This document shows, in pieces, positions 38,121 through 50,538 of a DNA stretch of 64,000 bases. The stretch lies in contig NC_043011.1 of assembly GCF_006345805.1 (NCBI RefSeq), positions 56,866,464-56,930,463 on the forward strand. The letters are read 5' to 3'. Below the pieces are notes generated by a model. That model saw only the letters and a list, made by a program, of their open reading frames with translations. It was not told the origin of the DNA and did no database searches. Positions within the stretch are counted from its first letter, which is position 1, and each line of letters opens with the position of its first letter. A program made the translations under genes and the position numbers. This DNA is from Octopus sinensis (lineage: Eukaryota).

Positions 38121-39123
38121 CACATGCACACAAATATATAAGCTGATTTAATGTCTTTCATCTTCCCTTTGTGTATCTCTTCTAATTTACAAAATGCACT
38201 CTAAGGCTTTTGTAATACTGTTGTATTAGGACAGCATAGGTGTAGTACATGTCAATCTCATACCAGCTTACTTGAAGACATTGTCCTACTTTACACACAC
38301 ACACATATGTATTATATATATATATAGGGAGAGTTTACGAAAAAAAACAAAAGACGAAGACATGTGGTGTACAAAACAAACAGATGTATTAGTATAACGC
38401 TCAGGAATAGAAAAAAGTCTTATATATATATAAAAAAATATATATGTATGCATATACATACATATATACACATTATATGTGTGTGTGTGTGTGTTTGTGT
38501 GTATAGTATAAGTATACCTTTTACTAATGTGTATATTTATATATTAATGGTGTATAAATACTGAAAGCCCCCCCCCAACCTTCCTGCCTGTGCTTTTGAA
38601 GAAATTCCTTTGTGATATTTATACAGACCTTCCCTTGTCATCTCTCCTTGTCAGATCTGCTGTGAATCTGTGATTGACCTGTTGGAAATCTATAACCAAG
38701 GAGCCTGTTGTTCTCTCTTTCTTGCTAGAAAATAAATCTTTCTCACCCATCCTAAATTTCTTTTCACACATCATTTGTACAGCAGCAGCTCTGCTTCCTT
38801 CCTTACTCCTCTGTAATTCATCTGAGCCAGTTTGCTGCATTCAATTCACTTATCACAAACATACCAGTTTCTTCTGTTCAGCGTCTGATAATGACAGCTT
38901 GCTGGTCTTGTTTTCGTGCAATTATGATTTCTTCTGCTGTTCTTGTTGCACTGCAAACACCACCAATGTTTTTTTAATATTAGTTTTTTTTTTAAAGTCT
39001 GACTTCCTTGAGTCTCAACTTTTTATTTCAATTCAACTGACCCTACTTTTTTTTCTCTCTCTCCCTATAATTCTCATTGTCCATAAATGTTTCTTTCATT
39101 TCCCAGTTTCTTTTTATTTTTAA

Positions 39124-39507
39124 CTAGCAGTATCGCCCGGCGTTGCTCGGGTTTGTAAGGGAAATAACTATATAAGCATTTTTAGAGATGTAAAGTATAA
39201 TAGCCATCTCAATATGGCTAACCACAAAGGGGGGTGTTACTGTAGCTTTTTATGTTCTGAGATTTAATAATACATTTTTAGAGAGTTACTTCCCTTATAT
39301 AATAGCAAAAAAATGCATTAAAAATGGGAAATTTTTTTTAAATCGTAGACTCATCGTAGATGCGCGCTAATACCCAGAAGGGCTCGATATGAATCACGAC
39401 TATAAGATACCTGGTTTTGGTTAAACTGCACCACAAAATGTGGGAGTAGTTAGGAATCTAAATCGTAGGAGACAGACAGCACACAACCTCACTTTTATAT
39501 ATAAAGA
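39124..39507 (-). mobile_element. Non-autonomous Helitron (384 bp)
   Basis: The minus strand begins TCTTTATATATAAAAG and ends CTAG. A GC-rich hairpin CCCGAGCAACGCCGGG (39136-39151) lies 8 nt before CTAG. The element sits between A and T with no TSD. Confidence 0.85.
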
Positions 39508-39786
39508 TATATCTTTGCTTAATTCTTCAACTACTGCACTTTATTCCTAACCATTCCGGTCCTTTTCTCTTTGCATCTTCTTTCTCTGCAATTGCACCTC
39601 CGCTTCCTTTTTTCTTTTCTGGCATAACCAAAACACATGATACACAGCTAACCTCATTATGTATGCATTCTTTACACCTAACACCCTACCTCTCTCTCTC
39701 TCTCTCTCTCTCAACATAAACTCTATATATGGTCATCATGTTTTGGATATACATTTTTATCTAAACTTTCTGATCTTCATTACTCA

Positions 39787-40002
39787 TTAATCTTTAGTAT
39801 TCAGATTAATCTGTCAAATTTCTTCATGTTGTTTCGAATTAATCATGCATTATCTCGTAGATTTGAGATTTCAATGATGTGATTATTTATCTTTAAAATG
39901 ACATTGTAGGGTAGGTGTGAGAGGCTGGATCTGACTACTTCGAGCATAAAATAGGTAGAGTATTTGGCCTCAATATGGATGGTTTAAATGCTGAAGGGTT
40001 AA
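39787..40002. mobile_element. TTAA-flanked piggyBac-like MITE, second family
   Basis: TTAATCTTTAGTATT / AATGCTGAAGGGTTAA ends. The internal GTAGGGTAGGTGTGAGAGGCTGGATCTG is shared with about 22620-22765 and, inverted, with about 61617-61760. Confidence 0.65.
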
Positions 40003-40427
40003 CATTAATTTTCTAATCTTAAAACTGGAAACTCTCCATGTATTGGTAGTCAAAACTCTCCACATACTGGTAATGCCTATTATCGTTTAACTTTAGACAC
40101 ATTTAAAAACTCATTTTTAAATATGCCATAATTAGTCGTTTTGAAATAGCTTTTCCGTGTTAATTTTCTTTATTCTCTCTAATTCCTTCCTACTTAATTA
40201 CTTAGAACCCACACTGCTTGCCTTCCTTGCAACTCTATTATCCAGTAATTCTATCCTATTGCTTCACACCGTCTTTTCTCATTTCATTATCGACACTCGG
40301 CACTTTTTTTTTAATCTTGCAACTTCATCTTAATGTACGATTTGCACTGAAGACTCTATTCCATCTTTGTTTATTGCAAACAGCTTTTACTCATCCATAA
40401 ATACAGTGTTATTACTAGTGCTGCTGG

Positions 40428-40458
<31 letters not shown>

Positions 40459-41144
40459 TTGTACTACCTGTCTCACGTTACACACACACAGATATATGTT
40501 TCTAACCTTTCCTTGGCAGTAATGTTAAAAGCACCACCATTCATTACACAAAAAGCAAAATCGGTCGGAAGCTATCATCTTGGAAAATTCTATGATTAAT
40601 CTCTGAATAATTCTGAAATATTCACCAGAATTGTCTTCTTTATTTATATATTTATTTATTTATTTTTTTACTCTTCTGCAGAAATTGATATTCTTTAACT
40701 ATTTGAGCCAACAAGATGGCTTGGTCGCTCTTGCTGGCTAGAAATAGCAACTAAAATCTCCCTCTTGTCAGATGTCACTATCTTAAAAAGAGAAGGACAC
40801 ATTTGGAAATGTAATCCAAGATAGGTTATGCCTGCAAAAGAAGAAAAGGTGGGGGTTGTATTCAGAACACCTTTAACTATATATCTGCTTGCTTGATTAA
40901 GGCCAAGGTTGTTTTAGGGCAAAACAGTAACAACAAACTCCTTAACTGGAAAATGGAAACTGAAAGAGTGGACAGTCCTTCTGTCCAGAATACTGGGAAC
41001 TTCACTTGAAATAGCAATTTTGCTTTACTCTTTCTGTCGCCTCCTGTCCCCCCAATAATACAAGTCTTTCCAATGCTGGCCACCACCTCTCCTTCTGATT
41101 CCGATTTCATTTAATTCCTTGCTTGTTTATTTCCTTATTTGTCT

Positions 41145-41570
41145 ACTTCAAATCATATGGTTTCAGGTTCAGTCCCACTGCATGCACCTCGATCAAGTGT
41201 CTTCTGCTATAGACTCTGGCTGACCAAAGCCTTGTGAATGGATTTGGTGAATGGAAACTAAAAAGAAGCCCATCCTATAGATGTATGTGTGTGTGTGTGT
41301 GTGTTTGTGTCTCCTTGTCTTGACAAAACATGGTAGTTGTAAATGAATGTCACTGTTATACAAGCAGTGTCATTCATTTGCAATTATCCATGAAAACATG
41401 TCTGGCCATGGGGGAAATGCTACCTTAATTGGAAACAGGTGAAGGCAGGCAACAGAAGAGGCATTTGGCCATTGAAAATCCATCTCAGTAAACTCTGTCC
41501 AACCCATGCAAGCATAGAAAAGTGGTGGCGGTGGTGGTGGTGGTGGTGGTGGTGGTGATGATGATGAGGA
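41145..41570 (+). mobile_element. CORE-like SINE with RTE-like tail
   Basis: Homologous to 969-1394. Confidence 0.8.
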
Positions 41571-42042
41571 TCTGTTACTCCTATCATCTTGAATGAATCA
41601 TTCTATAATTGCAAGAAGTAACAATATTTTCATCAGCCTCTCTTTACTGTCGCTCCTGCACCCCATTGCCTTTCTTAAGTATTGTCACTTTCTGCCTTCC
41701 TGCAATTCTTAGAAGATCCCTGTTCTTTCAGTGCTCTGCCATTGGCTTGGGCTTGACAATATCTTCCCCCCCTCTTTCCATCTCCCCATAAATACTGTCC
41801 ACCATAAACTCAACCTGAACAACTTCCACATCAGTGAACGATGCAATGATGTTGCTGTTATTGTCTTTATCTGAAATACTTCAAACATTCAACTGTCTTC
41901 CTCCTTTCTTCTGTCTTGGTGCATGATGGGGATGGTGGTGGTGGTGGTAGTGTTGGTATAGAAGTGGTATTCATCATTGGCATCATCATCATCACCATCA
42001 TGTTGTTGTTGTTGTTATGATCATCATCTTCATATTATTATT

Positions 42043-42224
42043 AAGGTGGCGAGCTGGCAAAGTCGTTAGTGGTGTTTCACCTGTCACTACATTCTTGAGT
42101 TCAAATTCCACCAAGGTTGACTTTGCCTTCCATCCTTTCAGGGTCAATACATTAAGTACCAGTGAAATTCTGGAGTCTAATCCCCTCCACCAAAACTTCA
42201 GACCTTGTGCCTATAGTAGAAAGG

Positions 42225-42256
<32 letters not shown>

Positions 42257-42675
42257 GGTGGCGAGTTGGCAGAATTGTTAGCACACTGGACAAAATGTTT
42301 ACGGTATTTCGCCTGTCACTCCGTTCTGATTTCAGATTCCGCCAAGGTCAAGCTTGCCTTTCATCCTTTCAAGGTCGATAAAATAAGTACCAGTAAAATA
42401 CTGGGATCAATGTAATCAACTCCTCCCCTCCCCCCAAATTGCTGCCCTTGTGGCAAAATTTGAAACCATTATTATTATCATTATTATTCAAAACTGACAG
42501 AATCGTTACTGTGTCTGGCCAAAAGCTTTGCACCATTTCTTCTGGTTTAATGATCTGAGGTCAACTTTGCCTTTCATCCTTTCGGGGCTGATAAAATAAG
42601 TACCGGTGAAGGACTGGGGTCGATGTAATCAAAATTGCTGGCCATGTGCCAAGATTAGAAAAATAATTATTATTA
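42043..42675 (+). mobile_element. Head-to-tail trimer of Meta-domain-like SINE
   Basis: Three copies at about 42043, 42257 and 42490, each ending in (ATT)n. Confidence 0.85.
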
Positions 42676-43398
42676 ATTTTTTTTTTTATTATCATACATT
42701 GTAATTGTAGTTGCAGCAACAGCAGCAGCTGTGGTGGTGGTGGCGATAGCGGTGGTGGCAGCAGTGGTAGTCATTAGTAGTAGAGGGTAATTTTGTAACA
42801 TTGGTGGAAGTAATGCAGATGTTGTGATATTTTGAGGGTTAATTTGGTACTTCTTCGTTTCTGTTTTCTTTTTCTTTAACGACCTAAATATATCATCACA
42901 CTCATGATCATCACCACCACCACCACCACCAGCAACACTTTAGACAATGTCATCGCCCTCACTCATCACAAACACCGCCATGATTGCAAATACCACCACC
43001 ACCATCATCATCATCATCAACACTAAGACTTTTACATCATCAAGATGTAGACATTGTTTGCCATTAGAGATGCAATTGTTAATAATTGCAGACTCTATTA
43101 AATCTATCATCTTTGATGCCATCATCACCATCATCACCACCATCATCATCGTTGTCATCCCTGACTCTGCCATTGTATGACTATTGTTCATCCTGTTGAC
43201 AGCATTTGTATTAAGACAAGAAACTCAATATATCGTATAATTTATTTAACTTTCTGTTAATTTACATCTGGGAGTTTCCATCAAACTGACTAATGCTTTG
43301 GTAATAATTATATATACACACATATGTGTATGTGTGTGCATATATATACATATACACACTAACACACTCACACACATGTATATATATGTGAGTGTGTA

Positions 43399-43452
<54 letters not shown>

Positions 43453-44646
43453 TGCTTGTAATAAATATATAAATGATGCTGTGTGGTTAAGAAGTTGGTT
43501 TTGCAACCTCGTGATCTGGGGTTTTGTCACAGTATTTGGCATCTTGGGCAAGTTTTGGAACTGTACAGAGGTCTATTGTATTTCTATATATGGGCAGGAG
43601 AAACACACACAGGCATGCAACATGCACACGTGCATACATATGCACGTGTGCCCATCTTTGCACCGACACCATTCGGTTAGCAAATGGTGATGTTTACAGG
43701 TCAGAGGAGCAATAAGTCCAGCCACTCAGTAGTTTGGGTGAAGTTGTGGAATAAAAAGTGCCTTCGTTGAAGAGCAATTAAGAGTCGGTATCAAGAATGT
43801 AATCCAACCATAGAAAAATGCTTTGACTAGTTTCATCCAACCCATACCAGCATGGAAATGGCAGACGTAGCAACAATGGTGATAATGATGATGATGACAA
43901 TGATGATGATGTTGATGTTGATGACGACGATGATGATGTTGATGACAATGACGATGATATTGATGACAACGATATACATACACATACACACATGCCCATG
44001 TACACACACGTGATTGAATTATTACAAACAAGACTTAACTTGTCTTCTTATTTATTAATGATGTTTTCAGGTTTCCTGTTCTGTTATTATGTGGAATAAT
44101 GGATACGGTTTTAAATTTGGCATCATTAATGATATTATTTGTTACAAATCATTCCCATAATCCTCACAGCCTGCTATGAAAACACAACCATTAAAAAACA
44201 GAAATATATAATTAACCACCTTTTCTTCCTGAAGATAAGACCAAGAAGATTTGGAAGCATTAATGGAGCTAAGGCTCTGTTATCTTTTTTTATCTTTCAC
44301 TTGTTTCAGTTATTGGATCATGGCCATGATACAGCAACCTCTTGAAAGGTTAAATCAATCGTGCCAACCGCAGTTCCTATTTGTAAGCCTGGTATTATTC
44401 CAGCAGTCTCTTTTGCTGAACCACTAAGTTACAGGAATGTAAAGAAACTAACGCCAGTTGTCAAATGGTGGGGACACACACACACATCCAACAGTCTGGA
44501 ACTCTAGTAGAAGCCCCTTGTCAAAGGCGCTGTGCAGTGGGACTGAATCCGAAACCATGTGGTTGCAGAGCCAGCTCCTTAACCACACAGCCATTCTTCT
44601 ACCCATTTTCTGTCACCATTTTAAACTTTTAACGAGCAGCTAATGA

Positions 44647-44945
44647 GTTGCAATGTTGAGGGTTCCACTTGATCCAATCAACGGAACAGCCTGCTTGCGA
44701 AATTAACGTGCAAGTGGCTGAGTACTCCACAGACACATGTACTCTCAATACACTTCTCAGGGAGATTCTGCATGGCACGGAATGTGACAAGGCCAGCCCT
44801 TTTTGAATTACAGGTATTACTCATTTTTGCTAGCTGAGTGGGTTGGAGCAATAAAGTGAAATAGAGTGTCTTGCTCAAGGACACAACACGCTGCCAGGAA
44901 TCAAGCTCATCACCTTACAATTATGAGCCGAATATCCTAGCCATC
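44647..44945 (-). mobile_element. Second CORE-like SINE family, near full length
   Basis: Minus strand reads ...TTGATTCCTGGCAGCGTGTTGTGTCCTTGAGCAAGACACT...GGAGTACTCAGCCACTTGCACG. Confidence 0.7.
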
Positions 44946-45714
44946 ACCACCACCACCACACCACCACCACCACCACCACCACCACTACCGTCATCACCAT
45001 CATCATTATCACCACCACCACCATCATCATCACCATCATCACTACCACCATCACCACCACCATCATCATCACCATCATCCATCATCATCATCATCACCAC
45101 CATCATCATCACCATTTGGTGACTAGTTTTCCAAACTGGCAAGAATTGGACAGGTTTTCTGCCGCAGTGCTGTACAGCCAGATGCCTTTCCTGTTGCCAA
45201 CCTTTTCAGTCAATACTTATGACATGCAGGGAACATGCTTACATGGTTTACCGGTTCTAAAACCTGGACCCACATGGGAATAACCTACACTAAAAATATA
45301 GGAAATTAATTTTAAAAATATGAAAAAAAAAAAACTGTAATAAAAAAAAAGGGGGCTAAACTCAAACTCTTTCATCTCTACTCAGTGTTTTGAAGGAAAA
45401 TACTTTACACACACACACGCCAAGGAAAGAGAGTTTCTTCAGGCCATACTACAGTGTGTACATAGCTGTGTTCAAGCTTAATCTGTGTGCCTGAGTATGC
45501 ATGCATGTTATTTTAATGATATGACTCATTCCACCGTTCCACCAAGATTCTTTTTGTCATCTGAACAGATGCAAAAATTAAAAAAAAAACAACAAAACCT
45601 GTATCTTGGGGTAGTAACAGGGTGGATCATCAACTTTGAAGAAATATACTCTTAATTCATGTATTGAGTACTTTGTCTCCTGATTGTTTGTTTAAACACA
45701 CATATCTACCTATA

Positions 45715-45749
<35 letters not shown>

Positions 45750-45754
45750 GTGTA

Positions 45755-45789
<35 letters not shown>

Positions 45790-46393
45790 ATCATACTATA
45801 TTTTATTATATGTGTTTATATATAATAGAGATATGTACATATACATATATATGTGAGTGGGTGTATAGATGTATATATATATGTGTGTGTGTGTGTGTGT
45901 ACACATGCACATAAACACGTAAATATTCTTAGCAAGAGAATAAAGACTGAGAGAGTATTGTTATTTCGAGCATCAGATGGGGGCAGGGGTGGGGACAGGG
46001 TTTGTGTGGGTGGTTTCGAGAAGGAGAATAATTTGTTTACAAATTACTCTCTTATTGCGCTACCTGCAGAGAAAACCAGAGGGACAACTAACGTTCGCAT
46101 GTACAGTAATAAGGTTGTCTGCTTTTTTTGTCATCATCATCATCATCATCATCACCAGAGGCAGCAGCAGCACCATCACCATTATATACAGTGGTGGTGG
46201 TGGTGGTGGTGGTTGTAGTAGTAGGTGATGTTACATTAGTGGAGGTGACACAAAAGGTAGAAAGCATAATTGTTATGGCAATTTTGTTGCATTTGGCATG
46301 AGAGTGGGGTGCAGAAGGGGGAGATTGGGAGTGGAGAGAGAGAGAGACAGAGGGAGAGAAGGAGATTGGTAGAGATAGAGAGAGAAATAGAAG

Positions 46394-46437
<44 letters not shown>

Positions 46438-47033
46438 CAGCAAAGAGCCTCTTTGGAATTCCAAGTCTAATTTGTTATTTACAAAATCCTCTTCTACTGG
46501 TTCCCAGCCAATCAGCTGTGCTACTAAAATGTGAAGAATAACAGTAATGAAAATGGAAATAACATTATTAACCAAAGACTTGTTTGTTTTGTTGTCTCTG
46601 CTTAATTTTTTTTTGCAGTTCGGATCTCAACGCAGCCCTACATTATGTTGACACTAACTTAGGTGGGGGCAGTGAATTTATTGACTCATTAGGCCGTCAG
46701 CTAGAAATGAAATGCTTTTATGGTATAGCTTTTAGCTTTTACATGTTTCAGCTATGCTGGAGCACTGCCTTGATGGATTTAGTCAAGCAAATTGGCCCCA
46801 GAACTTGTCTTCTAAGTCTTGTCCTTATTTTATCATTCTCTTTTGCTGAACCCCTAAGTTACACATAAATAAAAAAAAAAACCAACATCAGGTGTCAAGT
46901 GGTATGGAGATAACTACAAGGACGGGGATGGACACATACACACACACACACACACTGAGCTACTAGTTTATCCCATCCCCCTCTGACTTTTAGTTCATAC
47001 AATTGAAAAAAACTGCATTATTTACGGGATGAC

Positions 47034-47115
<82 letters not shown>

Positions 47116-47445
47116 ATATTATAATAAACATTTTGATGCTTGCTCTGTCATCAAACTAGATTTGCATAGCTAAGTGGTTTCATTAATTAAGACATCTAAT
47201 TAGAAATAATTACTTCAAATGAAAGTAAATATATCTCATCTCAAGTTTCAATGAATTAACAACTTGTGGAACTATTGTAAGAATGGCTGGGTATTTCCCA
47301 ACCAAAAATTCCTGGGTAGAATCAGTGTGACACAGAATGGGACAAAGTTGGCCATTCTAAAAATAACACAAGCAACTCGTTTGACAAGTTTCAGCATAGT
47401 TTCCACCAGCCTTAATTTCACTGACAAAATCTGCATCAACATTAA

Positions 47446-47666
47446 CCCTTTTGTTATTGTATTTATTTTGAGATGCTCTGTGTTTCTTTCAATTACTTTA
47501 AATATAACAAAGAATTTAGTAAAATAACTTAGTTATCATTAAGCTAGTGTTAGGAACATAAATTGTGACTAAGGTTTGGTGGAAGATTTTAATTCAAAAC
47601 TTATGAAAACATGACATTTGTACTACAGGGCCAGAGCCAGTTTCAGCCGGGTTGGTAACAAAAGGG
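47446..47666. mobile_element. piggyBac-like MITE (221 bp) with perfect TIRs and TTAA TSD
   Basis: TTAA|CCCTTTTGTTA ... TAACAAAAGGG|TTAA (11-bp perfect TIR). Confidence 0.9.
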
Positions 47667-48024
47667 TTAACTATTTTCTGATTAACATAAACCACATGAA
47701 ATTCCTGATGATTTGGATAAACACAGATTTTTGATTAATTAGGGATTACAATTTTGTAATCTACATTTAATGATGCTTGTCTCAATCAAACTGCTATTGA
47801 ATACAAACTGTGAACTATATCTGAATTTATATTTTTACTGCTTTTCTTCTCACTTTGTTGCTTTTAAAGAAAACTTTAGCTGAGTAAGCAGGATATACAT
47901 GCAAGTTTGTTCCACCCGGATTTACCTGTAGGAGTTTTACAACCTGTTATTTATAAGCTCTTAATTATCATGCATTTATTTGATGTTTATACATCATCTC
48001 TCTCTCTCTCTCTCTCTCTCCTTG

Positions 48025-48378
48025 GGCATGGCTATATAGTAAGAAGTTTGCTTCCCAACCATATGGTTCTGGGTTCAGTCCCACTGCATGGCACCTTGGG
48101 CAAGTATTTTCTACAATAGCCTCAGGTCAGCCAAAACCTTGTGAGTGAATTTGGTAGATGGAAACTGAAAGAAGCCTGTCATATATGTATATATTTGTGT
48201 GTCTTTGTATCTGTGTTTACACCCTCATAACTTAGCAGTTTGGAAAATGAGACTGATAGAATAAGTACCAGGCTTACAAGAAATAATTACTGGGGTTGAT
48301 TCATTCGACTGAAAATTTTTCATGGTGGTGCTCTAGAATGGCCGCAGCCTAATGACTGAAACAAGTAAAAGATAAAAG
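48025..48378 (+). mobile_element. Full-length CORE-like SINE
   Basis: Head, core and tail as in 7784-8452. Further copies lie at about 29000-29300 (+), 44285-44595 (-), 49900-50175 (-) and 56105-56432 (+). Confidence 0.85.
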
Positions 48379-49446
48379 GTGTGTGTATGTATACTGCATT
48401 AATGGCTTAACAGACAGTGAGGTGTATAGTGACCCACAACCCCTCTTTACAGCGTTAGTAAAGTGTGTGTGTGTGTCTGTGTGCTTGTAGTTCCAGTTGA
48501 CTACTTTCCTGATGTTTTGCAATTTATGTATCAAAAATATTTCTTTACCGTTTTTTTTTGTTTTTTTTGGTTTTTCTTTTTGTTGTGTTTGCTTTTCTTT
48601 CCTGGTTTCCAACATTTTCGGAATATGGAAATGGCAATTTCATTTGATTATTTATTTATTCTCCTTCACCGTGAGATATATATATATACTGCTTGGTTCC
48701 GCAAATGTTTTTTTTCCTGCAGACATTAATTAAGATCAGTGAGATCACTTAAAACTCAGCAGAAGCTGCATCGATTTCAACAGTGCAAGTGGATTTAGCA
48801 AAGGTTATGGGCATCGTAAAAAAATTCCACTGCCAGAGGGAGACATCCATTACTGGCAGCGATATAGGCAACTGTTGCTGATGTCTATCTTGTGGTCTCG
48901 TTGTAATAAAACAACAAGACCACAAGGCACTCGCTTACTATCAAATGTTAATACCGGATACCATGACCTGTTGGGTGGATACATTAAGGCAATGGTTCTC
49001 AGAGGACAGGTAATCCATTCAGTTTTACGTCTGCTTTTCCATGCTAGCATGAGTTAGATCAGTAGCTCTTGACCATTTTTTTTACCTGTGGATTTCTGTG
49101 ATTCCTTTCTTACTCAGATGTATCCTTCTAGCCATTCAATGTTTAAAAAATCATTTTATATTTTTGTAATTAAATATTATTAAATTGTATTAAAAATTTG
49201 ATAAAATATTTTGTGTATTGTAGAAGTATCCCCAATTTATTGCAGTTAAAATTTAACAGCAAAATCTTATATGGACCCCTGTTGAGAACCACTGAGTTAT
49301 ATAAATGTGTTATTGAGGAACTGTTTTACAGGCGGATGCTCTTCCTGTTGCTAACCCTTATCTGCTTTGTTGAAGTAAAACCAGGAAATTCATGACATAA
49401 CTTTACTTTTTTAGCTTGCAATATTTAGAGAAGTGCAAATGTAAAC

Positions 49447-49493
<47 letters not shown>

Positions 49494-50307
49494 GATGAAA
49501 CACTTGGCAGTTTTATTGTGCTACCACTGCTTACTTGGGAAATGATTCCTACTCTTGTAATATTTAATTGCATCAAGGTAGCATGACTTACTATATTTCT
49601 GTTGAAATACTTTGCTGTTGTTTCATTAAATTCTGAAAATAAAGTTAGTGTTTGGAACATGAGTTAACATGAAATTTTAGTGAAAGGTTTTAATTTAAAT
49701 CCTTTTAAAACAGGCTGTTTGTATCATAGAATTAGGAGGGGTGGTCTCTGATGGATTGGTATAAATTTGAGTTAAGAGCAAAATATATTGTATTGACAAT
49801 TTGAGAATTAAGTATTTCGATCCCAGATACAAAACGGTGTTGAGTTGGTGGCAGGAACAGCATCCAGCCATTAAAAAAAAATCCGCCTCAATGAATTCTA
49901 ATTGAACAAATTGACCCCAGTTCTTCTTTTTAAGCCTGGTACTCATTCTGTTGGTCCCTTTTGCCAAACTGCTAAATTACAGGGATGTAAACATGCCAAC
50001 ACTGGTTGTCAAGCAGTGTTGGGGGGACAAACACACACACTCTCTCTATATGCTTTCTTCAGTCTCCATCTACCAAGTTCCTTCACAAGGTCAGCCTGAA
50101 ACGACAGGGCCACACAGATGCCATGTAGTGAGACTGAACCTGGAACTACATGATTGGAAAGCAAACTGCCCCTTTTGTTAAGTTACATGTAACAATTTAA
50201 CAAAAGTTTCTAACATAAAATTATAACTGGAGGAATGCAATTTAACTAAAAACATTTTAAATATCAAGATTTTTAGATCATAAAAGCCGAGATAGGTTTG
50301 GTTGAGT

Positions 50308-50538
50308 AACGGCGGTGAGCTGGCAGAAACGTTAGCACGCCGGGCGAAATGCTTAGCAGTATTTCGTCTGTCGCTACGTTCTGAGTTCAAATTCCGCCAA
50401 GGTCAACTTTGCTTTTCATCCTTTCGGGGTCGATTAAATACGTACCAGTTACACACTGGGGTCGATATAATCGACTTAATCCGTTTGTCTGTCCTTGTTT
50501 GTCCTCTCTGTGTTTAGCCCCTTGTGGGTAGTAAAGAA
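50308..50538 (+). mobile_element. Young Meta-domain-like SINE with perfect 16-bp TSD
   Basis: ATAGGTTTGGTTGAGT at 50292-50307 and 50539-50554. CpGs are retained and the B box GAGTTCAAATTCC is present. Confidence 0.92.

Larger units (their letters stand above)
34209..41870 (-). pseudogene. Putative decayed intron-containing gene (K/E/S/R-rich protein), unidentified
   Basis: Non-repeat blocks are purine-skewed on the minus strand and give protein-like frames with sporadic stops. Acceptor-like sites open exons at 41870, 37591 and 35477, all best read in phase 1. Donor-like GTAAGC lies at 38271 and 35447, and CAG|ATAAGT at 36016. Confidence 0.4.

Noticed and set aside
47264-47445. Ig-domain-like peptide WNYCKNG...FLGRISVTQNGTKLAI
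   Set aside because: It lacks the DxGxYxC strand and clear splice sites, and the frame runs into a MITE.
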